From assembly GCA_001938485.1 (NCBI GenBank), contig MQRK01206634.1, positions 5,761 to 66,854 on the forward strand: DNA of 61,094 bases, given 5' to 3'. Numbering within the stretch: position 1 is the first letter of the stretch; each line of letters begins with the position of its first letter. Origin of the DNA: Girardia tigrina. Lineage: Eukaryota. The translations under genes were made by a program, and so were the position numbers. The notes under the pieces were generated by a model that saw only the letters and a list, made by a program, of their open reading frames with translations, had not been told where the DNA came from and did not search any database. Shown here piece after piece: positions 34,966 through 48,202 of the stretch.

Positions 34966-37900
34966 ATATATATTAAAATATATAAAATAATATCTATATA
35001 AAAACTATTAATTTCTATATAAAATCGAATATTTTCTATTTAGAAACGAATACTGGTGTGATATACAAATCACCGGAAAATTTTCTATTAACAATAAAAT
35101 ATATTTAAAATTCTATTTTATACATTTATCCAGCTACAATTCGATATTCTCAAAACCGACATTTAATAATTTATACTTATATTTTATTATAAAAAAGCAA
35201 ATTTATTATTATAATTCAATCACACATCAATAAAAAAACAAGTAAATTAATTAACATAAACAAAGCCCAAGTTATTTGAGTTATATGTTGTCTTCGAGAG
35301 AGATAGAAAAAAATGAAACGAAATCACATCTGCATATAAATTATGGTAAATTAAAAGCAAAAGACACAGAAATTGACAAGGCGAATTAAAAGTTTATATT
35401 ATTTAAATATAAAAAGACAAAAAAATACGCAGATAATCAAACTTAATCCTCGAGTGAGTTATAAAAACTGAGAAACTACAAACGAGTTCCTTACGAAAAA
35501 AAATTTGAATTTTTTTGTTAATTTAATGCAATTAAATCGACAAAAGAAAATTTTGTTTCAGCGAAACAGCGACGTGCTTTTACTGCCAACTGTAAGAAGA
35601 TCAAAAGTCTTTAGACGAACTGAGATTATTGATAAATTATCGAGACTGCTTAATTTGTTTTAATTATTGAATTTAATGCGCTTAAAATTAATTTTCATAG
35701 TAAATTTCATTGAAAAAATTTTCAATCATTTTTATCAAGAAAAAAAATATTTCTGATAAATTGTTGATAATTTTCAATAAGAAAAAAGAAAATTTCATGA
35801 CAAAATTTGTTTTAATCGACAAATTATATTTATATTTTCTTTTCAGCACTCTCAATTATTCATATTGCTCATGAGAGAGGAAAAATAATTATTAAATTAA
35901 ATAAATTTATTGTTTAATTAGAATTTTCAAACAATTTCGAAAAAAGTTTCGAATTAAAATCAAAAATGTCATTTAAATTTTCAAAATTTATCTCGGTGGT
36001 ATTTCCGCCATTAATTGTTTTGTATTAAATATTTAAATGGTGATTTTGTAGTCAAATTATTCATTAACTAATGCTATACTGAGATGCTCGCTACCGGAAC
36101 GAGCTGCAGTAACCAGGACCTCTTAATCGTGCGGGAAGTTGCTGGCCGGAGGAGTCGTCCGACCGTAGACGCTCATAACAAGGTTGGACCCACTGACCAC
36201 CGGTCGGCTTGAGAGTTCCCGTTTGGGGTCGCCATTTGCGTGGCGCATGATCCCATCTCGCATGACGATTGGTTCGATCGGTCCATCAGCTTGTACCCCA
36301 ATGGTTCACTCAACGAGTTCAAGTGAATTATCCGGCAAGACCGGTTTCATCCGTATAGGGAATGAAAATGTCGATATAAGATTCAAAAATTGAATTCGTT
36401 AAAAAACATTTATTAATAGAGACATTACACCAGATTCAAAATTGTGTCATAAAAACAGTTTAATAGAAGAAACAATTTTTTAATTGTTTTTTTTACATTA
36501 TTTTCACAGAAACACCGCATTTACTATTAACAAAGTGAAAGAGCGACTCATTTGCACATAAAGTGATTTAATCAATAATTTCTCATTTAAAGCTATTTCC
36601 AATAATTCTTAAAACTACTGCACAATATTTTAAAATCAGTTATTTCAACATATTTCCATCAATATTATTACCATTACTCAATCGATTGTGGTCCTAAAAG
36701 TGGTTTTAAACATTGTTTTTAATTTTTCATATTTATTCTATATAAAAAATTAAAATTATTTTTAAACTGCCAAAAATTTAGTATAAAATATGTTTCAATT
36801 TTCGTCTAATTAAACATAATTTTTTTAAAGTATTTAACTAAAAAAAATAATTGAAAAGAAAATGTTGAAAATATAGTTTAAATGTCCTATATTTTTCATC
36901 TAGAAAATTTTTTTTCGTAAACCCAATAATTACACCGACCAAAAAATTCATTAAGAGACTTTCAGTGAAAAAGAAAAAAATGGAAAAGAAATTTAACGAG
37001 TAAATTGAGACACAAATTTCCCGTAGGGATTAAATAGACGAAAAACGGACTTTGTAAAGTATAACAGACATGTGTCAAGAAATATAAAGAAAATAAGTTA
37101 TAATAACGCAGATAATATTTTCTTTAGATTTTATATTTTTTTCTTTTGCATAAAAATATTATTTGTGTCGAAATTAATTATCTAAAAATGATCGGGATAT
37201 TTCGTTTAGACATTATCAGACTTTTTAGGTCACTCTTAGTAAGGACTTCTTACACCGAAGGGGATGCTTATATGACTTGATATTTTTTTATACATTTTCT
37301 TTTATCCTTCATTGAGTTTTAACAAGTTAATACGAGGATCAAAATAATGGAATCAAAACATTATATTAATTGTTTGAAAGAATTGAGAATTTCAGATAAT
37401 CGAAGTGTTAAAAAAGAATAAATAGTACTAAACTTTCAATGAGATCTGATTTGAGGCCATAAACTTATTTTACACATTGCTTAATCTTTTGATTCTTTTA
37501 TTGTTTTAAAATATCATTAAAGTTTCTAAACTAAAGTTGCCCTGAAGACCAGGCAATAGCATCAATGCACTCAGCAATTTGAATGGGAGCTCGGCCTGGA
37601 TATATTTATTTGAGCGGATCATATTTTTTTGATTAAATTTGAGAATTTGAATTTTTGAGACAAAATAAATTCTGAGAAGTATTTATATTAAATTATACCT
37701 TTTTCAAACTCTCTTCACAACAAAAAAATAATTAAAACAATATTATAAAATTTATCAGTAATCGAGAAATCGTTCAAAATTTAAGAAGTTGAGGAATCAG
37801 TGTTCGTACAAAATATATTTTAAAAAATGAGATAACATTAAATTGTTTCTCGAGCCAGTAACTCGCTTTTATTGGCTAGCCAATCAGAGCGTGTTATTTC

Positions 37901-38033
37901 ATTTTTCTCCGTTCAAACTCGGCTCGTAAATACTTTCTCTATTTCGACATATTTTTGACACATTATCACCCTCACTTAAAAAATAAAATTCGGCGCACGA
38001 ACTGACCGTAACTTAAATATTGAGTATAAATGT

Positions 38034-38036
<3 letters not shown>

Positions 38037-38080
<44 letters not shown>

Positions 38081-38420
38081 NNNNNNNNNNNNNNNNNNNN
38101 NNNNNNNNNNNNNNNNNNNNNNNNNNNNNNNNNNNNNNNNNNNNNNNNNNNNNNNNNNNNNNNNNNNNNNNNNNNNNNNNNNNNNNNNNNNNNNNNNNNN
38201 NNNNNNNNNNNNNNNNNNNNNNNNNNNNNNNNNNNNNNNNNNNNNNNNNNNNNNNNNNNNNNNNNNNNNNNNNNNNNNNNNNNNNNNNNNNNNNNNNNNN
38301 NNNNNNNNNNNNNNNNNNNNNNNNNNNNNNNNNNNNNNNNNNNNNNNNNNNNNNNNNNNNNNNNNNNNNNNNNNNNNNNNNNNNNNNNNNNNNNNNNNNN
38401 NNNNNNNNNNTATATATATA
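38037..38420. repeat. (AT)n microsatellite spanning an assembly gap
   Basis: TATA runs on both sides of the Ns. Confidence 0.95.
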
Positions 38421-38779
38421 ACTCGAATTCAAATTCCAAACAGTTAAATGGAAGTATTTATCAGAAACAATTAAAAAATTCTGATAAGAATACAAAAGTG
38501 TTCGGTTAAAGATAATAAAACAGCTTTTTTTCAAAATACAGAAAATAAAAAAAATTTCAGAATAAAACCTTTTTAAAAAATGAAATAACAAGCGATACAT
38601 GACATTAATAAAAACTATAAAAAACATCAAAACTTTTAATAACTCTAAAAACAATAAAAAATATAAAAAACCTCAAATTTTGATAACATTTATCAAAACA
38701 ATAAAATATGTAATAAAAGCTTTAAAAACAATACAAAATAAAATTGAATTGAATCATATTGTTATAAAGCTCCTTACAA

Positions 38780-39340
38780 AGATGAACATTATCTGAATGA
38801 AGTCAATATCACATTTGTTATACTTGGTGGAAAGAAAATTCCCTATAATACGTTTAACATCTAGGAGTTTATCTGTAAAAACAATATTATGGGCTTCATG
38901 TTTTTAACGACAATGTAACGGGTTACAAAGATCTTCAGATATTAGATAAATTTTTTTATATCCAGCTTTAAACCAAAAACAACTCTTTAAACATTTATTT
39001 CCACAAAATGGAGACACTCAGCACTTTGCCTTGGTTATTGATGAGTGGCTAAATATCAAGTTCGCTGATCGTTGGATTAGAAGACGGGGACCTATTGGGT
39101 GGGTACGGAGTCCCCAGATCTCACCTCGTGCGATTTCTTCTTACGGAGATTCATTAAGACTGCTGTGTATAACAGAAATCATGTTGATTTGGAGGAGTTA
39201 ATAGATTATATCAATGATGCTTTTCAACTAACAACACCTGACATCCTTGATCATGTTTTAAGGCACTTTAATGATCTTCTTCACAAATGCATAGATGTTC
39301 AGGGAAATAAAGTTAAAATTGGATCAGACTTTTATTAAAT
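38780..39340 (+). mobile_element. Tc1/mariner superfamily (rosa/maT-like, DDxD) transposase 3' fragment
   Basis: FPQNGDTQHF..EWLNIKFADRWIRRRGPIGW..SPDLTSCDFFL..CIDVQG. Confidence 0.85.
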
Positions 39341-39609
39341 TGTAAAATAACTTAATACTATTAGTCAATATTACGTATTTTACATTAATTGTCATCATCT
39401 TATATATAAGTTTGTAAGCGCATGTTGTTAAATTGTCTTTTACATCCAACTGCAATTATATTGACAAAATCACACCAAAATACAAAGATTTTATTAGAGC
39501 ATTATAATAAGACACAAATTTATCAAAACTTGTCATAACTGACACATAAACCACGAAAAACCAGTGTATATTTAGTATTTTGTGTACTGATATTTAATAT
39601 TAATATTAA

Positions 39610-39996
39610 TATTTCAACCAGTCTCTTTGACTGGTTGACCTTGGACGACCAGATCGAGATCTTGAACATAAGAAACCAGTCTCCCTTTTTCTCTGAACAG
39701 TCTGACACACAACTCTAGGAGAAACATTAATAGTTGTAGCTATTTATCGATAAGAAACGCCGTGCTTCTGCAATGTCAAAACTGCCCCACGGTGTTATGT
39801 TGTGAGCTCCTTACCGCAGACAGGCATGATTCTAAAATAAATAATGATAATTTATAACTTGAAAAGTAATAAAAATAAAATATGCATTTAATCATTTAAA
39901 TAGTTTATGTATACTTAACAAGGAATACACAAACATGCAGTGCAACAACAAAAAGCAGTATAGAAACAAGCGTTCACAAACTTTTGCACCTGACTG
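39610..39996 (-). mobile_element. Tc1 5' end fragment
   Basis: TA-CAGTCAGGTGCAAAAGTTTGTGAACG terminus and HTH GKELTT*HRGAVLTLQKHGVSYR*IA. Confidence 0.75.
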
Positions 39997-40019
39997 TATA
40001 TTCTTAACTTAACTTAATG

Positions 40020-40740
40020 AACCAGAAAGTAGATAATTATTTTTCGGATACCATATGTAATACTAAGAACAATAATAAAATGTATTGATGGGTATCTTGT
40101 AAACAAATTGTGAGCAGTTTTCCCCACCTTAAAAAGACAGACTTGTGTTGTTTAACTTAATATGTTTTTCAACTCTTTCTAACAATCACAAGTTAAATAT
40201 AAACAGTTTGGGTCGAAAGAGACGCATAATTTGTGTTTAGTTCTAAATAGTTTATTTTTTAAATGAATTATAATTAAAAGTATAAACTATCATAATAATT
40301 AGAAGAATGATTATAGACATTTATTTCAAATGAAGATAAACACAACAATCTTTTTTAAAAGCAACTCAAGTATCTCTACTTGTTCACTCATAATTTACTT
40401 TGAAAGCAAACTAATCTGAATTCGTTTTACCACATTGTGTTCCAATCTAATTCCTAGGTCAGCCTGTTCTAGAACATTCAAAAATATGTTTTAATGTATC
40501 AATGAGAAAGAATGGTAAAATTGTCTAAACAAACTAATGGTTAAGAAGAATAACATAAAACTAAATTCTTAATCAATGTGACCATGTATATTAAGTATGA
40601 TTATAACTCATTGTGAGATCATCAGCAGTACACTGTATATTGGAAAATTGATATCCTTCAATAACTTGGATATAAATAACAATCTTTCCAGGGTCAATTT
40701 ATTCATAAGAAAATTGAACATTGTGTGTGGCAATGTTTTT
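40020..40740 (-). mobile_element. Highly decayed LINE RT 3' fragment
   Basis: IVIYI..CTADDL (YADD-like) and ADLGI motifs. Confidence 0.4.
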
Positions 40741-42167
40741 GCATTATATATAATATATAATGTATAAATGATGTTAGCAATTGAAACTATTGTTGCCTTT
40801 GTATGAGAAACGTATTGAAAAAATATTCTGGAATTATATAAAACAAATGATTATTTTTTACTAATTTAAAATGAAATCTTTTTTTCTTTAATTAAATCAA
40901 TCGACTTAAGAGATCTTTAAATAAAAATTATTAATTAAAAAATAAATAATGAAATATAATTCTTTTGTTTCTTTAAAATTTCTTTATGAACTTTCATAAT
41001 TGATAAATCATTTTAAAATTATTAGTTTTATTTTGATAAATTAATAAGAAATATGATATCGAAATTAATTGAAATTTAAAATTTTGAAAAAAATAAATAA
41101 ATATTTAATTCGATTTTAAATTAGTTAATTAAGTTCTTTGGGGAAAGTTTCGGTGGTATAAAAAATAGAAGAAAAACAATTGAATAAAATACAACAGTTA
41201 AATAATAAAAGTAAATTATTTAATGTATAAAATTACTAATGATTTCTTCCTTGTTAAAAATTGATTAGGCCAAGAATTTTTCATTAACGAGAAAACAATT
41301 AAATAATAAATTAATAACTTAATTAACATCAATTAAAAGTGAAGTTTTATTAATTTGTCAAATAAATTTCAATTAAAATATTTTGGCTCTATTTTATCTA
41401 TTTATTTGTACAATTCAGTTATAAATTATATAATGAGTGATTCTTCTGAATTTCTTTTGTAAGAATTTTAGTATCTCAATTCTTTCCAACAAAGTACAAA
41501 TAAGTATCTCATATTCTATATCTTGATCTAATTGTTATATTATATATATTATAAATATATTACAAAGTATTTATTGTTTTTTTTAACTTTCACTAAAATA
41601 TATTCAAAAAAAGACAAAAGCATCACAAGATCATGTAAAAAATATCATACTATAATAATAATAAATAATTATATAATATTATATTATAAGTTTACATGAC
41701 ATTCGTTTTCAGCAATCTGTAATATAATTTCATTTTTAATCTTTTGTAAATATTCTACACCGTATGTTTAGGTATAAATATTTTTTTTACCAAGTCCAAA
41801 GTCATCGAAGTCCGATTTAGTTTTTTAAAATAAATGAACAACTTATTGAATATTATATAAATGTTAAGCTTCTAATTTTGATCAAACGCTATGTTTAAAA
41901 TTTAATTTTTGAAAAACTTCGTTCTTAATTTAAAAAAAAATTGTTTTTAGAAAATTTAGATGAGAAATTCTCGTTTTGGAAAATTTGGTTTCATAAATTC
42001 TCGACATAAATCATTTTATCAAATATTTTAATTTTCAGTTTTTTATTATCTGTTTGTCTATGTTCATCTTCACATGTTTAAAATCTTAGTAAAATTGCGT
42101 GTGTATTAAGTACGTTTTGACTTCTGTATGTGTGCGTTGAAATTATATTTCATATATAAGAACACTA

Positions 42168-42600
42168 CATTCGAGTCTCGATATAACAAATTTCAAGGGA
42201 CCTACAAAAAAGTTTGTTTTTTAGAACATTCCACTAAGATTTCAACTATGATCAGGGATTCCACGAGAAATTCCAAAATATGAAACGGAAACATATAAAA
42301 TGTCTATTAAGCAAAATGACAAACTACATGGATAAATAATAATCAATTATTTTTCTCTGCTTAGAATGACTTTCGAGGATCGCTTCTTCAGTTGTTGTGA
42401 TTCCCAAATCATATACGTTGTTAGTGGAATAGTACTGCCTGACGACAAAAATCACAGCAAGTGTTTATGACAATTATGGTGCCGCTTGGGTTGATTTATC
42501 ATCATCGTCTTTCGTAGACATGTCATCCTCCCCTCCTCTCGCCTTGATTTTTTGGATGATTTCGGTGTCGGTGAGGCCACTCTCGATATGGACATCCGAA
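42168..42600 (-). mobile_element. pogo/Tigger 3' fragment
   Basis: TA-CATTCGAGTCTCGATATAAC terminus; acidic tail GLTDTEII..KIIDYY. Confidence 0.65.
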
Positions 42601-42639
42601 AACTTACTTTTAACTGAAAGTGACTGTATTAAAAACCTT

Positions 42640-43380
42640 CATGACTAATTCAAGCACAAACGCAAGGAGTAATGAAATGGAGGAACTGAACGACTTTAGG
42701 TAAAGTTTGCTTGGGGAAAGGAAGAATCCAGAAAGTGCAAGTTGCCCCACTAGGAGTATCGACCAAACACGAAGGCCTCATCTGAGGAAATCCACGGTTT
42801 ACAATGATGACAGGAGCAGGATTGTAGCGAAAACACTCGAAGGTCATGGGGTAGCTGAGATAGCTTCAATGTATTAAATACGCTACAAAACTATCTGTAA
42901 TATCGTATGACGATATTATAGGGTAGTGTCGATTGAAACTAATAGTGCAAGTTTAAAACTAATTTAATAGCCAATTTGGATGACGAATGTATGTATACAT
43001 TAGCTGAGTCGGTTTCCTGGGTTAGGGAACAACATAAAGTCACAGTTTCTCCATCAACTTTTGACTTAGATCTTTATCAGTTCCACTACACCTTAAAATA
43101 ACCACTTTAGTTTCCGAAGGAAGAAATTTAGAAAAGACGTTTTTTTTAAAAAGGACTGCTTATGAATCAGATTTTAGAGCTCTTGAAATCGATATTGATG
43201 ATAAAAACTTGATATTTTTAAATGAAATCTGAATCGCCATTGTAACTAGGCTAAAGAAAGGGAGGAACAGAGTTGGAGAACTTACTATCGTGCTTGTCTC
43301 TGCTGAAAGAAGTCGCAAAATTTCAATTCCAGTGCGATGAATAAATTTGGTATGCTATATCATAAAATGTATGAACTGGG
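42640..43380 (+). mobile_element. IS630/Tc1-like transposase 5' fragment
   Basis: NDDRSRIV..EIASMY..YKTICNIV, DDECMYTLAE, FHYTLK, LIFLNE, RSRKISI. Confidence 0.75.
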
Positions 43381-43399
43381 AATTACAATTTCAAGATAA

Positions 43400-43911
43400 A
43401 TTTTATTTCATTTTGTCTAATAATTCTTAGTTCATAAAAATTCATTTCATTTTATGTCTAATGATCCTAATTTATCCAAATTTATTTTATATGGATTAAA
43501 AATTAATTTCTGGCATCTTAAAGTCATAAAATGAAATATATAAAATGTTATGCAATTTATAGTCGATGTAATTATCTTAATTCTTAAATTTTTATTTTAT
43601 TTTGTGTCTAATAATTCCTAATTAATAAAAATTCAATTCATTTTTTTCACGAAAATCCTAATTTATAAAGATTTATGTCACTTTATTTCTAAAATTCCTA
43701 CCTCAAAAATTTATTTAATTTAATTCTTAATAATCCTAATTTAAAAAAATGTTTTCCATTTTCTTCCTAAAAAATCCTAATTTTGAAAAAAAAATTATTT
43801 CATTTTATGTCTTTTTATCCTAATTTATAAATAATTATTTCATTTTATTCACAAAAATTTTCATTCACAACAAATTATTAAATTTTCTTCCCAAAATCCT
43901 AATTAAGAAGT
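43400..43911. repeat. Degenerate AT-rich minisatellite (~42-bp unit), resuming at 45111
   Basis: Recurring ATTTCATTTT..CTAA..ATCCTAATT units. Confidence 0.75.
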
Positions 43912-45110
43912 TGGAGCGGAAATGTTGTGATTGACCGAACATTTGGAGAATGCTGTTGTGCGATTCATTATTGATTTTATTATTGTTGGGCGGATCTATA
44001 TAGTGTCACCCTCTGCAATTCTAGTTTTGAGGAAATTTAACCCTCGGATCAACAAAACAAATTCTCCAACAACCAAAATCAAAGTTCTGATGAAAAAGAA
44101 AGGCAGAATTCGGATAATGAATCTTATCTTAAACGTTCGAGTTACAAAGCTATGAAGATGGCAGTGTGAATGTCTCATGGTGAATTGTAGATGCTGACTG
44201 TTACAAAGAGATACGATCGAAAAAGCGAAAGAAAATAATTTTGCCAGTTTGATTCAATACCGAACATTTCTGACNNNNNNNNNNNNNNNNNNNNNNNNNN
44301 NNNNNNNNNNNNNNNNNNNNNNNNGAATGCTGTTGTGCGATTCATTATTGATTTTATTATTGTTGGGCGGATCTATATAGTGTCACCCTCTGCAATTCTA
44401 GTTTTGAGGAAATTTAACCCTCGGATCAACAAAACAAATTCTCTAACAACCAAAATCAAAGTTCTGATGAAAAAGAAAGGCAGAATTCGGATAATGAATC
44501 TTATCTTAAACGTTCGAGTTACAAAGCTATGAAGATGGTAGTGTGAATGTCTCATGGTGAATTGTAGATGCTGACTGTTACGAAGAGATACGATCGAAAA
44601 AGCGAAAGAAAATAATTTTGTTAGTTTGATTCAATACCGAACATTTCTGACAGAGAGTCGAAATTTTTCTCTGTCATGTGGAGTTCGGTGAGACCAGCTT
44701 TGAGAAGATCTATCGTTTTGTCACTTTTTTTGTTTGATCGTACGATAGTTCGGTTTTGTGACAGATGTCCGCTTGATTTTATTGATCTTTTTATTTTGAA
44801 TTTTGATAGAATTCATTGAGTTCTAGTTGCGTTTCAGGAGGTTTGAATTTCTTGAATGTGTGGAAATATCGATTAATGTATGCAAATGCGTTTTCTACCG
44901 AATGGTGTGTGTGTCCGTTTGAGTGGAAGTTGTATGTGCATGTTCTTTGTGTGATCGAATGAGTGACTGCTTGAGGGAAGAAAAAAAATTGTGAAAGAAT
45001 CTCGAATTAATTGTTTAATTTGTTTTTTGTTTTAGTGTGATAAAGAAAATGAAAAATTTTTCGCGAAATTTGAATTTAAAAAAAATGGTGATTTTAATAA
45101 TTTCAAACCA
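43912..45110. mobile_element. Solo-LTR-like insertion D (second terminal subtype) with unidentified coding-like cargo on the minus strand
   Basis: Perfect TSD GAAGT (43907-43911 and 45111-45115); TGGAGCGGAAAT...ATTTCAAACCA; splits a minisatellite unit. True length is probably about 820 bp after removing the gap-associated duplication. Confidence 0.88.
45059..45074 (+). promoter_or_regulatory. E2F/CDE plus CHR (DREAM-type) composite motif
   Basis: TTTCGCGAAATTTGAA; motif match only. Confidence 0.45.
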
Positions 45111-46254
45111 GAAGTAATTATTTCATTTTAGGTACACTAATACTATTTTATAAAAATTTTTAAAAAATTATTTAAAATTAATTTCTGGAGTCTATACTTA
45201 TAAAATTTACTTTTTCCAATAGTTAACAAAAATATAATGACGTTTCTATTTATTTTTTTCAAATATTAATTTTGGTTACCTTTTAAATGTTACTATAATT
45301 TCAAATTCTGATCTCTGTTATAATAATTAATAATAATCTTGGGAAACAAGTGTGAAAACATAATTAAATTATCGGGACATAAAAATAAGTTGTCAAGAGC
45401 ATACGCAAAAGTTGAGCAATTTTCCACGGACTAATTTTCCGAATAAGTGTTCTTTCCCAACTTAGGGAAACATATTATTCTCTTATTTTAAAAATAATAT
45501 TTTGTAGAAAATTATTTTCTAATTTTATTGATAAAAGAATCCTTATTTCTATTTAATCCAAAAATGTCTTTTTTATTCACATTCAACAGCCAGATTCTAT
45601 GGATTTGAAAAATCCAGAGTATATAAGGAGGATTTTATAATTAAGTCTTGTGCTATGAAATTTTTAGGTATTCGATTTATATTAATTCTAATTTAATTAA
45701 TATAAATTCATTTAAAATAAAAAGGAATAAAATACTATATTATATTATTTATTTAAAAATTATACAGTATATGATATTCGAAAATTTTATTTTAATATTT
45801 CTTTCTTTTTGTCATCTTTTTAGAGATTTTTCTAGCATAAAATTATGAAATTTAATATTTTTATAAAATTTATATGTATTTATATATTTTTGAAACATTA
45901 TTTAGTTAAAGCTTGTTTTAGAAAAGAATCATTAAACATGTTTCGATCTTTCATACGTTGTAATTGTAAAATGTGACCAATATTATAAAAAGTGGATCGA
46001 AATAGTAAAATTTATGAAAAATTTTATTTATTTATTTTATTTATTAAATTTTATTTATTAAATAAAAAAATTGAGGAATTGAGACGAACTTGCTGTCTCA
46101 TTTTGAATTTTAATTAATAACTGTAGTGCCTTATCCATAATGATTCACTTACTGCAGATCGTAATTTGAATCAGTATCAATGTACAAGTTTTGACACGCA
46201 GATCATGGTTTTAATATTCTTAGAGGAGGCTTCCAATGCAAAATATATACAAAT

Positions 46255-46480
46255 AACTAGTAAATCAAAATATTAATTTTTTTATATCCATTCTTTAAGT
46301 ACACAAAACTCTACTTTGTCAACAAAGATCTTAAAATTTAAAAAGTTTTTTTCTGTCAAATTTTCACATTATCATTTGTTGTCATCGAAAAAGAGTAAGT
46401 GTGTAAAGTTTGAAGAAAATCGATTGAGTAAAAAGCCTTCAAAAACAGGTTTCTAAATTCTATGGATATATATATATATA
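46255..46480 (+). repeat. Second copy of the repeat at 1-342, ending in (AT)n
   Basis: Direct sequence comparison with the reverse complement of 1-342. Confidence 0.6.
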
Positions 46481-47096
46481 TACCTATATAGAAAGTAAGC
46501 TAATAAAAATAATGGAAAAAAAACACTGACTAAACACTAATTAAATAAAAATCTTTTGATCACAATACATTTGTGGATTAAATAATGTTTGAATTGATAC
46601 ATAAAAATTTATTTATAAAAATATTTATACATTTAGATCTGTTAAACATTCAATAGTATCAATGCCTTTATTTATATTGAGAAAGAATATATTTTAATTT
46701 TATTTTATTTTGCGGCAGATGAAAATAAATATCAGATAATTATCTCAGTTCTTTCGGCAGCTATTAAGAATAAAAATGCGGAAAATATTTAGCTGTCTGT
46801 CGCAACGGCAGATTTCACGGTGGTTTACTTGAAGATAATGATCGTGGTTAGCAACATCTTGATATTATCTGATCAGTGGAATTCCCGCTGGGGAATACTT
46901 TCCCATGATATACATTTATTCCTGGTCCATTAACTAAATGTAAAAATACTTCTCATTATTACTTCTGTCTTCTGGTAAAGTCAGTGAGTTGTGACTTCAT
47001 TTTCATGGTACACTTGTTGATGACAAAAGCAACAATGTCCATGTTGTCATCTTCAATTTCAACATTTTCAATAGTGTAAAATAGTAGTTAACAATA

Positions 47097-47205
47097 CAGG
47101 GGTGGCCATAAGTCGCTTTACCCAGTTTATTATTATTATTGTGTGTTTATTATTATTGTGTTTATTATTATTAAAACTGGATAAAGCGACTTATAGTCAC
47201 CCCTG
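47097..47205. mobile_element. 109-bp Tc1/mariner-type MITE
   Basis: TA-flanked TIRs CAGGGGTGGCCATAAGTCGCTTTACCCAGTTT / AAACTGGATAAAGCGACTTATAGTCACCCCTG. Confidence 0.92.
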
Positions 47206-48202
47206 TATAATAAACACTTTATTCGGCAATCTCAAATTATATTTTTCTAATTGGCTTATGATTACAAAATTCGTTTGCTTTTTTTAATTTCAGAACATAA
47301 ATATTAAAAATTTTAAAATCTTAGAAAAATCTCAAATATCCACTATGACCACGTCGAAAACACTTTATGGTTTCCAGGACTTGAATTAAAAATAAAGGTC
47401 TTCAAAGGTCAATGTTCTCTAAACGTTTGAATAATGATATTATTCTCAGTAAGGTAAAAATCTTATCTAAAAACGTCAGAGATCATCATAAAAGCCGATT
47501 TAACTAATTATAGTCAATTGTAAAGCAATATAAATGCAATGAACAACAATAACGTAATTAAATCAACGATTGAAAGAATAAACTAAAATTTCGAACACTT
47601 TCAATATCAATTATTTATTGTTAAAACGGCTATACAAATCTAATTTTCCACAAATAATAGCAGGAGAAAATGGAATAAAGAAAAAAAATCAAATAAGATT
47701 ATCATCATCGTCATTGACAAAACTAAGCGTCTTCGTCGTGAATGAGAACTGAATTATTTTCTGTTATATAATCAGGAGGAGAAACGGGCGGCTTTTCGTG
47801 CGGCAGTATTAAAGGTCGGGAAGGAGGGATATAGGAATGTTGATATTCTCCGGCTAAAATTATCGGAGATGTTCCACCTTAATGCAAAAATTATGATTTA
47901 TATAATGGTTTGTTTTTAATTTTGAATTTTCTAATAACTAAAATTAAACAAAATCAACGAAAAAAACATTTAAAATATACATTTAATTAAACATTGAATT
48001 GCGATTACAACTTTATTTATATAAATAAATAATGAAATAACTAAAAAATATTAATTTTTTTCTAAATCTTCAAACTTTTACTTTTCATTTTTATTTTATT
48101 TTTAAATTTCAATATTCTTTTATATTCTTCCTGTATTACTGTTAAATTTAACAGAACAAACAAATAATAAATTTTCTTCAACTAAACCAAATGGTCTTAT
48201 AC

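Noticed and set aside
37972-38654. Long ORFs containing X and YI runs (also 48219-48608 and 50499-51539)
   Set aside because: Open only because of Ns and (AT)n repeats.
43950-44180. Plus-strand neuropeptide-precursor-like reading (MLLCDSLLILLLLGG..KRSSYK)
   Set aside because: Requires several stops and a frameshift, with no repeated peptide or amidation pattern.
43948-44651. Apparent ~330-bp tandem duplication inside insertion D
   Set aside because: The copies flank a 50-N gap, differ at only a few bases, and the first contig continues as the second copy does. Most likely overlapping haplotype or paralogue contigs.
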